Assembly (NCBI RefSeq): GCF_001194135.2 | Contig: NC_069003.1 | Coordinates: 308,061 to 372,060, forward strand | Direction: 5' to 3' | Length of the DNA: 64,000 nucleotides | Source: Octopus bimaculoides | Taxonomy: Eukaryota | Shown here: one piece after another, positions 26,034 to 38,520 of the stretch | Layout of the letters: each line of letters starts with the position of its first letter | Position numbering within the stretch: the stretch's first letter is position 1 | Translations under genes and position numbers: made by a program | Notes under the pieces: generated by a model | The model's input: the letters and a program-made list of their open reading frames with translations, nothing else | Databases searched by the model: none | What the model was told of the DNA's origin: nothing

Positions 26034-26254
26034 AGAGAGTGTACATGCATATACATGCACATATGTGTGCATGTGTGTGTATGTGTTTGTGTGTGTATAT
26101 ATATATATATAGACACAAAACATCCAAATCCAAGAGAACTAGTGGTGCGCTGGATTGGAAACAATTGCTTCTCTTAACAAAGTTTAAAATTTGCCTAAGT
26201 ATTATTATTAGGGCCAATGGAAAGGAAGCTTCTCAACTTGCCAGCAGTCCTTCT

Positions 26255-26292
26255 TACATATATATACACACCTATATATATATATATATATA

Positions 26293-26352
<60 letters not shown>

Positions 26353-26526
26353 TATATATACACATACATGCATACATATATACATACATATATACATATA
26401 TATCCATATATACAGATATACATACATATGTATATATATATATACACACATGCATACATATACATATATATATAGATGCATACATATACATATATATACA
26501 TACATATATATACATATATATACACA

Positions 26527-26560
<34 letters not shown>
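26255..26560. repeat. (TA)n / (TAYA)n low-complexity tract, representative of many (1815-1871, 13700-13760, 47330-48860, 50210-50600, 51110-51320, 58960-59330)
   Basis: Direct reading. Confidence 0.95.
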
Positions 26561-26561
<1 letters not shown>

Positions 26562-27349
26562 CCATAAAGGCAAGTGATAATTTTATCTTGTACTTATTCT
26601 TAGTGTAAGTTTTGCAGAATGCTGTTTGATTTTTCCTGGTTATTCTTTTAAAGCAATAATGGAAGTAACATCGGAGCATATTCACCATTTTTTGTTTCAT
26701 GAGTTCAATAAAGGCAACAACATTACGGAAAGAGCGAGGAATGTTAATGCAGTACATAGAAATCTATCAACAAGCATAAGCCAGTGTCAACAGTGGTTCC
26801 AGAAATTTCTAGCAGATCCTAGCTGATGAGCTTTGTTCTGGAAGATCTGTAGAGCTTGACAAGGACATCCTGCAAACTCTGGTAGAACAAAATCATTCAA
26901 CCAGTCATTCAAGTCAGCCCCACAAGAAAAACGACCATCTTTGGTTTAAAGATGAAAAGTCTTCTTCCATCAGGATAATGCTTTTGGCCACATACAGCGA
27001 GGATGACATTGCAAAGGATGCAGCAGTTTGAATAAGAAATGATGCCCCACCCCCACAATATTCACTGGAAACTGCCTGAACTGATTATCATTTATTCTGA
27101 AGTCTTCAAAATCATTTGGACAGAAAAAAAATGAATTCTGTAGATGAGGTCAGAAGAGTACTGGAGGATATTTGTCATCACGGACAAGTGAAATTTGGAA
27201 GAGGGGCCTTGCAAATCTATGAGATAGATGGAAGAGCATTGTAGAAAATGAAGGAGAGTACAATTTAGATTAAAAAAGAAATCTGTTTATCTCAGTTTTT
27301 GAAATATAAAAAAAGTTTAAAAAAATCACATTATTCATGGGATGACCCA
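26560..27349 (+). mobile_element. Internally deleted mariner element
   Basis: ORF 26626..26826 is HTH-like (HIHHFLFHEFNKGNN..QCQQWFQKF). HQDNA at 26968-26982 and HP..YS.ETA*TDYHLF*SLQNHL (~27048-27117, YSPDLAPSD motif). TIR-like end aaaaatcacattattcatgggatgaccca. Confidence 0.8.
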
Positions 27350-27513
27350 CACTCTCGGAGTGGTTGGCATTAGGAAGGGCATCCAGCTGTAGAAACTCTG
27401 CCAGATCAGATTGGAGCCTGGTGCAGCCATCTGGTTCACCAGTCCTCAGTCAAATCGTTCAACCCATGCTAGCATGGAAAGCGGACGTTACACGATGATG
27501 ATGATGATGATGA
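27350..27513 (+). mobile_element. Family C retroposon 3' end ((GAT)n-tailed, RTE-like SINE/LINE tail)
   Basis: gagtggttggcattaggaagggcatccagctgtagaaactctgcc...ccatgctagcatggaaagcggacgtta(GAT)n. Close to the 33120-33282 copy. Confidence 0.85.
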
Positions 27514-27521
27514 TATACATA

Positions 27522-28430
27522 CAGGGTGCAATGGGTAAATTGTCACCATTATTTATTTTTACTTTCACACATGCACATTGTTTGTTTTTGATTTTGTCAA
27601 CTACACAGTATAGTAGGGTGAGTTGGGCCCCATCTGTGAGAAAAGCAGCACCATGACACAATTCACTCTGTCAAAAATTTGGAAACGATATGCTGTACTG
27701 CTTGGCATTCATGCCAGAAGCTCCGATATGAAAATATCTGAGTGTTTGGGACTCAATCTGAGGAAAGTGCCAGAAAAAGTTGGAGGAGTCTAATGGTGAT
27801 TACGAAGGTACTGCAACTCAGAAAACTCACTTGGATCATTCTGATGAGAAAAGAACTCCTGAATTTGTTGGTGAGGTTCAGGCCATGATTGACAATGATC
27901 CATTTAAGTCAATCAGGTCCATCGCCAGTGACATGGGAGTGTCTGAGTTTCTTATCAGGCAGGTACTGCATGAAGACATTCAGTATTCCTCATACAAGAT
28001 GTGAAAGGACCAGTTTCTATCCCAAGCCATCAAGGATGAGAGGAAAAGACTGTGCTATGAAGCTTTTGAATAAGCTCAAGCATCCTCTCTAACCAAACAT
28101 CCTTTAGCTTTTCTCAGACAAGAAAAGTTTCTGCCAGGATCAGATGGTGAACAGACAGAACAACCACTGGCTGGCTGTGTCCCCAAAACATGGACCTCAA
28201 GCGATAAAAATTAAACATCCAGTCAATATCATGGTGTTTGGAGTGAACACTGATGATGGTGATGCTATGCCTCCATTCATCTTCCCACATGGCCTCAGAG
28301 TCAACACAGAGGCCTACATTAAGTGCCTGGAGGAGGTAGTGCTGCCCTGGGTCAAAAGGATGGCTGCTGGAAGACCTCATGTCTGGCAACAAACCACACA
28401 AGCAAGAGAACCCAGTCCGGAAAGTTCATG
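27522..28430 (+). mobile_element. maT/DD37D-type Tc1-mariner, 3' truncated
   Basis: Starts TA|CAGGGTG. ORF pieces MIDNDPFKSIRSIASDMGVSEFLIRQVLHEDI, FSDKK at 28111, HPVNIMVFG, YIKCLEEVVLPWVK and VWQQ, then the similarity stops. Confidence 0.75.
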
Positions 28431-28539
28431 CCGATTAATAGTAACATACCTTTCGACTTATTTTAGAACATGGTTGAGTCCATAAAATAGGATTTGACTA
28501 CACCTCCATTTAGAGCAGAGTTTAAGCTATCCTTTCATG

Positions 28540-28783
28540 GAAGAAGGTTTATGCACCATCCGAATATGACCGATGCCAGCCCCAGCTGGCTCCCATGCCA
28601 GTGGAACATAAAAAGCACCCACTACACCCTTAGAGTGGTTGGCATTAGGAAGGGCATCCAGCTGTGCAAAACACTGCCAGATCAGATTGGAGCCTGGTGC
28701 AGTCCCCTGGTTTCCCAGACACCCAGTTGAATCATCCAACCCATGCCAGCATGGAAAACGGACGTTAAACGATGATGATGATG
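28540..28783 (+). mobile_element. Family C retroposon copy
   Basis: aaaagcacccactacacc..gagtggttggcattaggaagggcatccagctg..ccatgccagcatggaaaacggacgttaaac(GAT)n. Confidence 0.85.
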
Positions 28784-28864
28784 TATTATATATAATATAT
28801 ATGCATAAATGCTGCCGGGGGTGCTACATCATTTGTGTTATGTGGAAAATATTCCATCAATAAT

Positions 28865-29150
28865 GCACAAATGATGTTGGCATCAATTTTAAAATCCCCC
28901 GTGCCATCTGCCCACTACAAAAATTGAACTCAGTACACATAGCAACATTACATCACAATTACTTTACCTCTACCAGTCCAGCTCTATTTAATACCATACC
29001 AAAATACATCAAAGTGGAAAATTCGAATGTCCACTGGCCAATTTCTTCAAAAGATCCCAGACCAACCTCCTACACCCAGATATTTCAGAAGTTACAGCCC
29101 GAGTTGTTATCTATAATCGTACATATTAAAAGTAATTCAAATACAATGTT
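28865..29150 (+). mobile_element. CR1-clade LINE 3' end
   Basis: IATLHHNYFTSTSPALFNTIPKYIK followed by FLQKIPDQPPTP, the IPDQP-type C-terminal motif of CR1-like ORF2. Confidence 0.6.
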
Positions 29151-29492
29151 TTCTTGAAACAATAAAGTTTCTGTTCTATAATATTCTTAAAAGAAGGAAA
29201 AATTATCCAGCAGCTCAGGCCAATACGAACGAGCCTGGCAGGTGTAAAAGACTAACTGGCATCTCTTGCCAAGAGTACAGGTGAGAGTCAGATCACTGAT
29301 GTTCGTTGTGCACTCTGCTGTCGTTATTTGATTGCTGTTATTCTGTGCATTTGTGTGTAGAGATCAGTTGTGGTTTGCAGGGTGGCTTTATTTTTACCCT
29401 TAACTTAGAAATGGAGATAAAAAATAAGCCATTTCAGGCTAGAAATATTGCAGGAAAGCGTGAAATTCTTCAAGCAGGCATGTGTCTTATGT

Positions 29493-29591
29493 GAAATCTG
29501 TGATCAGCCTGAGTGACTAAATCTGTGATCATCCTGAGTGACGAAATCTGTGATCATCCTGAGTGACGAAATCTGTGATGAGCCTGAGTGA
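29493..29591. repeat. 25-bp tandem repeat, 4 copies (GAAATCTGTGATCATCCTGAGTGAC)
   Basis: Units start at 29493, 29518, 29543 and 29568, with 0-3 substitutions each. Confidence 0.95.
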
Positions 29592-30107
29592 TGCTGATGA
29601 CCTGGAGTCACCTCTGATATGTATATGTATATATATATATATATATNNNNNNNNNNNNNNNNNNNNNNNNNNNNNNNNNNNNNNNNNNNNNNNNNNNNNN
29701 NNNNNNNNNNNNNNNNNNNNNNNNNNNNNNNNNNNNNNNNNNNNNNNNNNNNNNNNNNNNNNNNNNNNNNNNNNNNNNNNNNNNNNNNNNNNNNNNNNNN
29801 NNNNNNNNNNNNNNNNNNNNNNNNNNNNNNNNNNNNNNNNNNNNNNNNNNNNNNNNNNNNNNNNNNNNNNNNNNNNNNNNNNNNNNNNNNNNNNNNNNNN
29901 NNNNNNNNNNNNNNNNNNNNNNNNNNNNNNNNNNNNNNNNNNNNNNNNNNNNNNNNNNNNNNNNNNNNNNNNNNNNNNNNNNNNNNNNNNNNNNNNNNNN
30001 NNNNNNNNNNNNNNNNNNNNNNNNNNNNNNNNNNNNNNNNNNNNNNNNNNNNNNNNNNNNNNNNNNNNNNNNNNNNNNNNNNNNNNNNNNNNNNNNNNNN
30101 NNNNNNN

Positions 30108-30143
<36 letters not shown>

Positions 30144-30658
30144 CATTGTATGTATAAATTTATACAATATACTAATACATACATTCATGCACATATGTAT
30201 ATGTGTGTGTATATATGGCTATATATAACAAATCATAGCGCATATATATATATAGTAAATACATACAGTTCAAGTGCAGATTCGATTGATTTTTTTTTAT
30301 TATATTCTTTTTATTTTTACAAAATATAGATACTTATGTGTATGTATCTATATATCTATTGATAAGGTGAAACACTGTCCCTCAGGCAATGAAGCTAGGT
30401 GGTCATACTTTTCATTGTTGCTAGGAGGGCTACTTACACAATTTTTGCCTGGTTTTCCCATCACTTTTAACAAAGCATTTTGATATCCCTGTAAAAACAT
30501 GCCGGAGAAAAATCAAAATGCCCCCTGTTTTAATAGCTTCATAGTAAAAATAACAAGAAGTACATGGCTGCAAATTTTATGGGAGTGGATAATAAATTTC
30601 ATTGAGGCTGGTCCTTAACCATGATTAAATGAAAGTTTCATTTGAATTCAGTAGGATT

Positions 30659-30713
<55 letters not shown>

Positions 30714-30743
30714 CCGTTTCTACAACCACCACCACAATAATAA

Positions 30744-30787
<44 letters not shown>

Positions 30788-31030
30788 TAATAATAATGAT
30801 AATAAATTTGAATATTTCAAAATACAATTGTTTATATCTATGCACACACACACACACACACACACTTACACACACACACTTACACACACACACACACACA
30901 CACACATGTGTGTATGTGTGTGTGTATCTTGGACGTTGTGCTGTTTTAGTGCTAAAAACCTTGCTGAACATATTTTTGAGCATATTGAATTTATTTATCT
31001 TGTTGTTGCTTTTCCTCCAATGATAATAAC

Positions 31031-31087
<57 letters not shown>

Positions 31088-31463
31088 AAGAAGAGTGGAC
31101 CTATCAGTGCAAATATTCTTTTCTTATTTCGGCACAAGTTCAGCAATTTCAAGGAACGACTCTGCCAGCTCACTACCTTAAACAATACAAATATTACAAC
31201 ACCTTTACTGTTTCTGTCGATTCCCTGTTGACAGGAATAAACTATTAATGATGGTGATGATGTTAATTGAAGTGATGAGGAAAATTATGATTTTCTTATA
31301 ATTAAGCTCAAAGCCAATTTGGCAGGGACTACAATCATCTGAAGTGGAACAACTTTATCACTGATATTTATTCTGGTAAAGCATTCTGTTTGTAACTTCA
31401 CTTGTTCTGTCTTTGGAAGATGATTTCACAACAAATCATAGGTACAAAAAACTGAGCTGTTGA

Positions 31464-31536
31464 GAATAATTTCTAACATAAGAATTAATTTTTAACATAA
31501 GAATTAATTTTTAACATAAGAATTAATTTCTAACAT
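31464..31536. repeat. 19-bp tandem repeat, about 3.6 copies (TAACATAAGAATTAATTTT)
   Basis: TAAC at 31474, 31493, 31512 and 31531. Confidence 0.9.
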
Positions 31537-31789
31537 CAGTTAAATTGATTCATGTAATTGATCTCTGAAGAATAAAAAACAAAGTTGACTATGGTGTGGT
31601 TTGAACTCAGAAAGTACTAAAAAAATGTCTACAAATCACTTCATCAGGGGTGCTACCAATTCTATCTTGTACCGCAAATTAACAATAGTTTCTAACAGGA
31701 CCAGAATATGTGGGGAGCATATGGTCAATGAGACTGACTCCAGCAAATGTGACCTAGATGAATTAAAATAGTTCAAGTTGGAAACAGAA

Positions 31790-32940
31790 ATAAAATGTTT
31801 TGGATTCAGCTCACCAGCCAGCTACATCTTTGTCTCTAGTGATGAATGTCATAATATACCATCCTCTTCACCTCAGCATAGAGGTCTGGGTGATTATGTT
31901 AAGTCAGATTTCAGGAATAGTCTGAGGAGACAGGGTGCTATGTTAAGAAGCCAGGGCTGTCAAAAATATTAAGACAAACCCTAAAGCTTTCTATAGACAT
32001 GCAAAAGAGTCTGCTTCAGTATGGTACAAAATAGGGCCACTATTCGAAGAAAATGGCTCATTGGCTGCAGGCTCCCAGAATCAGTGAAATACTGAATGTG
32101 CAATACAAGAGTTTTCACCACTTCACTGGGGCACTTGCAAGTAGCTATGCCTGATGAGTTCTTTGGCACCACAGCTCTACACAAAGAAATGGCAATTATT
32201 GATAGCATGAAAACTGAGAAAACTGATGTGATATCAGCCATTGATAAAACGAGCTCAAATTCAGCTATGGGCCCTGATGAATTCCCAGTAATCTTCCTAA
32301 AGAAATGTAAAGGGGTCTATCGAGACCACTTCAGATTCTCTTCCAGAGCTTCCTTGCAACTGGGAGACTTCCCAAAAAGTTAAAGGATGCATGATATGCC
32401 TATCCATAAAGGAGAAGCTAAAAATTATAGAACTGTCTCTCTAACCTCCCGTGTTAGCAAAGTCATGGAATGCATTGTCAGGAAGAAACTCATTGCATTT
32501 CTTGAAGATAATGACTTGCTCCCTGACACCCAGCATGACTTCCACTCAGGCAGAAGCTACTTTACACAGCTTTTGCAGCACTATGATTGGGTGTTGAAAC
32601 AATTAATGAATTGCTCAAAAGTGGATGCGATATATCTCAAGTTTGCAAAGGCCTTTGATAAAGCTGATCATGGGATGATATGTGACAAGTTATGGAAACT
32701 CAGCATAGCCAGGGAACTTGTAGAAAGGTTGCATGACTTCTTAAAAGACAGAAGCCAGGCTGTGACAGCTGGTGGGGCCCTCTCAAAGGAGACAGTAATA
32801 GAGGGTGAAGTTTCTCAGGGAACTGTATTGGGGCTACTGCTGTTCATGGTGGCTCTTTCAGACAAGTCATCAGTTACACAGACAGCCACACTTTCTAGCC
32901 ATGCCAACACAAAAGTTGTACAAGTAGTAAAAAATGTTTC
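31790..32940 (+). mobile_element. CR1-clade LINE ORF2 fragment (RT N-terminal half)
   Basis: SAMGPDEFPVIFLKKCK, then ORF 32387..33049: NYRTVSLTSRVSKVMEC..QHDFHSGRS..QLL..DAIYLKFAKAFDKADH..VSQGTVLGLLLF. The YADD position is degraded to SHANTKV. Confidence 0.85.
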
Positions 32941-32942
32941 CA

Positions 32943-33280
32943 TGTCCAGCGTCGCCTTTCTGGCACTTGTGCTTGTGGCATGTGTAAGGACTTTCGAGCG
33001 AGATCGTTGCCAGTGCCCCTGGACTGGCTCTTGTGCGGGTGGCATGTAAAATACACCATTTTGAGCGTGGCCGTTGCCAGTACCACCTGACTGGCCTTTG
33101 TGCCGGTGGCACATAAAAGCACCCACTACACTCTTGGAGTGGTTGGTGTTAGGAAGGGCATCCAGCTGTAGAAACTCTGCCAAATCAGATTGGAGCCTGG
33201 TGTAGCCATCTGGTTTCACCAGTCCTCAGTCAAATCGTCCAACCCATGCTAGCATGGAAAGCGGACGTTAAATGATGATG

Positions 33281-33282
<2 letters not shown>
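32943..33282 (+). mobile_element. Family C retroposon copy (longest in window)
   Basis: ggtggcatgtaaaatacacc..ggtggcacataaaagcacccactacactcttggagtggttgg...(GAT)n. Confidence 0.85.
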
Positions 33283-33330
<48 letters not shown>

Positions 33331-33977
33331 AAATAATTCAGAATGGGACAAGGATACAAAACATCCAGACAGCTAGGTATGCCTATATATGTATAGGCAT
33401 ACATATAAATGTATGCACAATCCATCTGTCTATTTTTCTATTTTATCTATCAACCATTTGTTAACTTATATATCTCATCCATCCATCCATCCATCCATCC
33501 ATACTCTTAAGGTCTTTGCTTATGCAAATCAATGCATGTTTAGTGGGTGGTGTGTAAATTGCATGGGAATGATGCAAGGAAAGTTAGGATGGCATCAATA
33601 AGAGGAAAGGAAGGAAAGGAGAAAGAAAAGATGTACATCCACTTGCACACGTACACACACACACACATACTCACAAACATGCAAACACAGATATGAATAC
33701 ATGCACTCACAGGGATACATGAACCGAGCACTGCAGCAGAGTCAAGGGTAGGAGGATTGATTCTAAGGGGAGCAGTAGCAGGAAAAGCAACAACAACAAC
33801 AATAACAAGGATGATCAGGATGAGGATAAGGACAACAACAACAACAATAACAATTGAAGCAATAAAAAGGAGGATTTCTGACAATACATAGCATTATAGA
33901 AATAAAAAATTTGTTCAGGCAAGGTTTGAAGGATAAAGTAAAGACTGAAAAATGGGGATAAATTGCACAACATACAA

Positions 33978-34040
<63 letters not shown>

Positions 34041-34737
34041 ATACACTGACTGAAGACAAATATTAAAGGGAGAGGTTTTAAAATAAGCAGCCATGCACAT
34101 ACAACTTTGGTTGGGAAAAACAAAAACAAAATAAAAACATGAAAAGCAGCAGTAGCAAAAAAAGAAAAAAAATTAAACAACAATAAAGTTTAAAAAAGCA
34201 TTAACAATAGCAACAATGACAACAACAATGGCAACAAAATAAATACAAATATTTGATAATTTTTGTTGTAACTAATTTTGTTAATATTGTATTAATGAGT
34301 ATAATCAATATATTATGAACAAATAAATAAAGATTAGCTAAGAAGTAAATATATGAAACAACACAGAAATTGTCATTCGAAAAACAAATATTACTAAAGA
34401 ATGTTTTAATGATTCTGAATTTATAAAAACAGAGAGAAATTGAATTTAAAGAAAAAGAAAGAAACAAAAAACTGAAATGACAAAGAAAAAATAAAATTTG
34501 AAAAACAGAACTGAAGAAAGTTTTTCAGAATTGTTTTCAATTGTTTAACCTTTTGCAAGGATTAAAGAATGTATATCTAGAAACCTAAAGATTATATATG
34601 TACAGGTGTGAGTGTGTGTGTGTCTGTGTGAGCATGTATCTGTATGCATGTGTATGCATACATATATATATATATATATATATACATACATTATACATAC
34701 ATACACATATATATATATACGTAAAAACATACATTAT

Positions 34738-34780
<43 letters not shown>

Positions 34781-34925
34781 GGTGAGGCATGGCTGTGCGG
34801 TAAGAAGGCATTGAGTTCAGTCCCACTGTGTGGCACCTTGAGCAAGTGACTTCTACTATAGCCCTGATCCTTGTGAGTGGATTTCTTAGATGGAAACTGA
34901 AGGAAGCTTGTCATATATATGTATA
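34781..34925 (+). mobile_element. SINE family A, 5' part
   Basis: ggtgaggcatggctgtgcggtaagaag...ggcaccttgagcaagtgacttctactatagcc...gtgagtggatt...gaaactgaaggaagc. Confidence 0.8.
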
Positions 34926-35399
34926 AATGCATCTATAGTATGTAGATAGGATTATAATCCATCTGTCTTCATGAAGCATATCTGCATATTTCAGTATGCC
35001 AAAATTGCATGTAGAAGTTAAAGATTGTGTGAGGTGTGCATAAGAGCTGAAAATGCAGGAAAATAGTTTTTATAGAGTAATTACATGTAAAAAGCAGGTG
35101 ATTGCAAAAACTAATAAATTACATTAATAAAAAATGTTTCTGTTCTCCCCTTTTGTTATATAAATGTATATATATTAGACAAGCTTGAAACATACATTTT
35201 AAAATGATTTCAAAATATTGCTATTTGGTTTGACTTCATTATTACAACTAGTGCAACTTGATGTCAATACAAACTGGTCGGTCTTGACTCCACCTATGTG
35301 AATACTCTAACAACATTTTGCAGTAGTTTGTTACATTTGACTCAATTTGAAAAAATTCTGGTACCATGCAAGGCTTCCTAAAAAAAACCAAAAAACTTT

Positions 35400-35600
35400 G
35401 TGCTTGTGTTTCTCCTCTACCACTGCTTGATAATTAGTGTTGGTTTGTTTATAATCCTGTATGTTGGCAAAGGAGACTAATAGAAGTATAAGGCTTTAAG
35501 AAATTACTGAGGTTGATTTGTTCAACTGAACCCTTCAAGGTGATGCCTCAGCATGGCTGCAGTCCAATGAGTGAAACTATACAGTTGCAAAGAAAACATC
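35400..35600 (+). mobile_element. SINE family A, 3' part
   Basis: ttggcaaaggagactaatagaagta...ggttgatttgttcaactgaa...cagcatggctgcagtccaatgagtgaaac. Confidence 0.7.
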
Positions 35601-36220
35601 TTAGCCACACAGCCATCCATTTCTGCACCTGTTTTACAATACAATGCACAAACATAATACATATATTTACATACATATACAAACACACACACACGCATAT
35701 ATATACGTACATATATACATATATATGTATGTATATTTATACATACATACACAACTCTGTGTATGAGTGTGTGTGCAAAATTATTGTCTTGATTCTTAGT
35801 AGAGTACATTGTGTTCTTAGCAAAGCTCTTCATTTCATGTTGTTCCAATCCAGTCCTTTGTTAATAGGCAACCCTGTAACAGACTGGCATTCTATTTAGT
35901 AGTGAATGATGGCCTGCTCTTCAAACCAGCAAAGTGGCATCACTTGAAAGCTAAAACGATGCAAGGAAGTGCACTGTGACTAGCGGAATATAAGAACAGT
36001 CAATAGCCTGGGCAATACAGTGACAGACAGATGAACACACACACAAACGCACACACAGATAGATACATATGCATAGATTGTTTCAATTGGTGTATAAGTT
36101 TTATGTATTAAGAATAAGAAGGTTGTTAGGATTTATTTTGTGAGGGACAGCAATGCCGAATAAATAGTTTTTATTCAAATCCTAACTACCTTCTTTGTCT
36201 TAATGTATGTGTTTGTGTAG

Positions 36221-36254
<34 letters not shown>

Positions 36255-36258
<4 letters not shown>

Positions 36259-36480
36259 CATCATCCGGTTGTAAAAATCAAGCCAAAGCAGACCTCATCA
36301 GTTCTGGTGTCATGTAAAAAGCACTCATGCTACTCTGTAAAGTGGTGGGCATTAGGAAAGGCATCCAGCTGCAAAAACCATGGCAAAAGAGACAGTAAAG
36401 CCTGGTGCAGCCCTCTGACTTGCCAGTTCCTGTCTAACTATCGAACCTCTGCCAGCATGGAAAATGGATGTTGAATGATC
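36255..36480 (+). mobile_element. Family C retroposon copy, diverged
   Basis: catgtaaaaagcactc..gtggtgggcattaggaaaggcatccagctg..ccagcatggaaaatggatgttgaatgat. Confidence 0.7.
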
Positions 36481-37224
36481 ACACAGAGAGAGAGAAGGGA
36501 AAGAGAAGAGAAAGAAGATGAAAGGACAAAAGAGCTAGATTAACAGAGAGAAAGAGAGACAAACAAAATAGAACTGGAGATAAATTCAGTGATTCCTGAC
36601 TGAGAGGATATTGGGTTAGGGTAGAGAGTAGATGTTGCGATGGAGATCGGATTAGCCAGCCACAAATTAATTAACACAAATATTTAATGTTTTAACACAA
36701 AGCTAACATATGTTTAATAACACCTTTACATACATCCTATATATAAAATTATACACATATGCTATACACTCGCACGTTCATACATCCTCAACACATAATT
36801 AAACACATTTACCCTATAAAGCTTCCCTATTCATGCACATAGCTATGCAAGTTGAGACACAGACATGCACTTAGATACACAAGCATCACGTCTACATAGA
36901 CATGCTCACTCACACAGACATGCACATTTGTAGAAGCATCACGTACACATACACAGAAACATATCTAAACACAAAGACATACACAGATATGAACATGCAG
37001 ACACACACGCACACACACACCTCTGCATATACAAGGTTAACTGTACTTGTTAAGTGATTAGTGATTGGCTTAACATCCAAGGATTAATGCTGCAATTGCC
37101 AATCTGACTTAATCCCTAGATAAAGAAGGATTATTCCAAAAAGCTGAACAAAGCAAAACAAAAACAAGCAACTATGAAAATTATATTTTATTTTTATATA
37201 AATTTATGAGCTGATAAGAGGCTT

Positions 37225-37300
37225 GATGAGGATGAGGATGAGGATGAGGATGAGGATGAGGATGAGGATGAGGATGAGGATTGTAGTAGCAGCAGCAGCA
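37225..37300. repeat. (GAGGAT)n hexamer followed by short (AGC)n
   Basis: Direct reading. Confidence 0.95.
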
Positions 37301-38319
37301 GCTTCATTCCACATTTTATCCAACACAATAACCAAGTATTGTGATGTGGTAGATAAATCAGGGCTGTCTTAACATCATCATAGGCCCCTGGGAAAATCAA
37401 TGCCTTGAACCCTTTATTATTTATTGACATCAAATCATAACACACGTAAATTAGAATTGGACCCCTAGGTAAGTGAGGCCTCCAAGTGACAGCCCACGGT
37501 GGCACTGGTGGGGATTATCTTGGTTTCCATGATGGTGAACAGTTGTCCATATATAGGATACTAGTTGTATTACTGGTTGTGTTTCGCATTATATCCTATC
37601 TTTTTACATTGTAATGGTAGAGAAAAGTTCAACTTGGCATTAGAAATTAATGGAACACTCAACAATTTCAGCATTTTGTTTGGATGACCAAATGATATAA
37701 AGTGTACTATTCTGTGATATCCATCTGTAGCCAAGTAGTTTGAATGCAATAGTGAAATATATGGACCCCATATTATATATTCAAATCCATCCAGACAAAG
37801 GAACAACAGTGTAACTTCATGAGATTTTGATTCATAACCAAATGGACTCGGCTCTAGTAATGAAAAATGCCTTAGCATTTCAATTTATTTACAGTCAGTT
37901 CAATTAGAAAATAACCAATTAAGTTTACCCTACTATAGTACCTATTTCTTCCTAGTAGACTCAAGAACAACAGAGAACTGCAGTGCACAGAACTGACAGT
38001 CTCAGGAATTTCAAACACCCAAAGAGGTAAATACATCTCTACAATAAAATTCTCAAGGAAATGGTTTCTGAATCTGAAAGACACTATTGAAACTAGATGG
38101 AGTTACACATTAACAACAATTTCTCTCTATATTCTCATTGGGATTGATATAGAGTTGATTAAACATTTAAAACACTAATCCACTCTAGTTCCTTTCCAAG
38201 TAAAACAGGTAGCACAACAAGGTTCAGGTCACTTCCAGAGATGGCAAGATATTCTAAATTCAAAGTGTCCTTTGTTGACCTTATATTAAGATTAAGAAGT
38301 CTTAAATTAGATTGTTCAT

Positions 38320-38520
38320 GTTGTTACTTAGCAACAGGTCAACTCTGATTGAGCAGATTTCAGGATCAATGACATTATTCCAGTCAGCTCCTCTTTTCAG
38401 AAGTATACTGAATCATATTATCCAGTTTGTCCTTTCTTTCCCAAGATAGTAGAATGCAATTTAAGGGAGGTTTGGATGCAAATTTTAGCAGGTTGAGTGA
38501 CATGCAGAGGCAGATTTACC
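38320..38520 (+). mobile_element. Dispersed repeat family D (representative copy)
   Basis: caggtcaactctgattgagcaga..cattatccagtttgtccttt..gatagtagaatgcaatttaagggaggtttgg..tagcaggttgag. Related copies at ~13880-14140, 24385-24580, 57745-58330 (+) and 9060-9230 (-). Confidence 0.65.

Noticed and set aside
26039-26757. Long IY/HT/VC-rich ORFs here and throughout the window
   Set aside because: (TA)n, (CA)n and (TG)n tracts are stop-poor in several frames, and overlapping ORFs occur on both strands.
29493-29591. CRISPR-like array
   Set aside because: Units are directly adjacent with no unique spacers, there are no cas genes, and the context is eukaryotic. The same applies to the 16-bp array.
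29504-30329. ORFs over 200 aa spanning X runs (also 40069-41187 and 51979-52425)
   Set aside because: Artefacts of N gaps.
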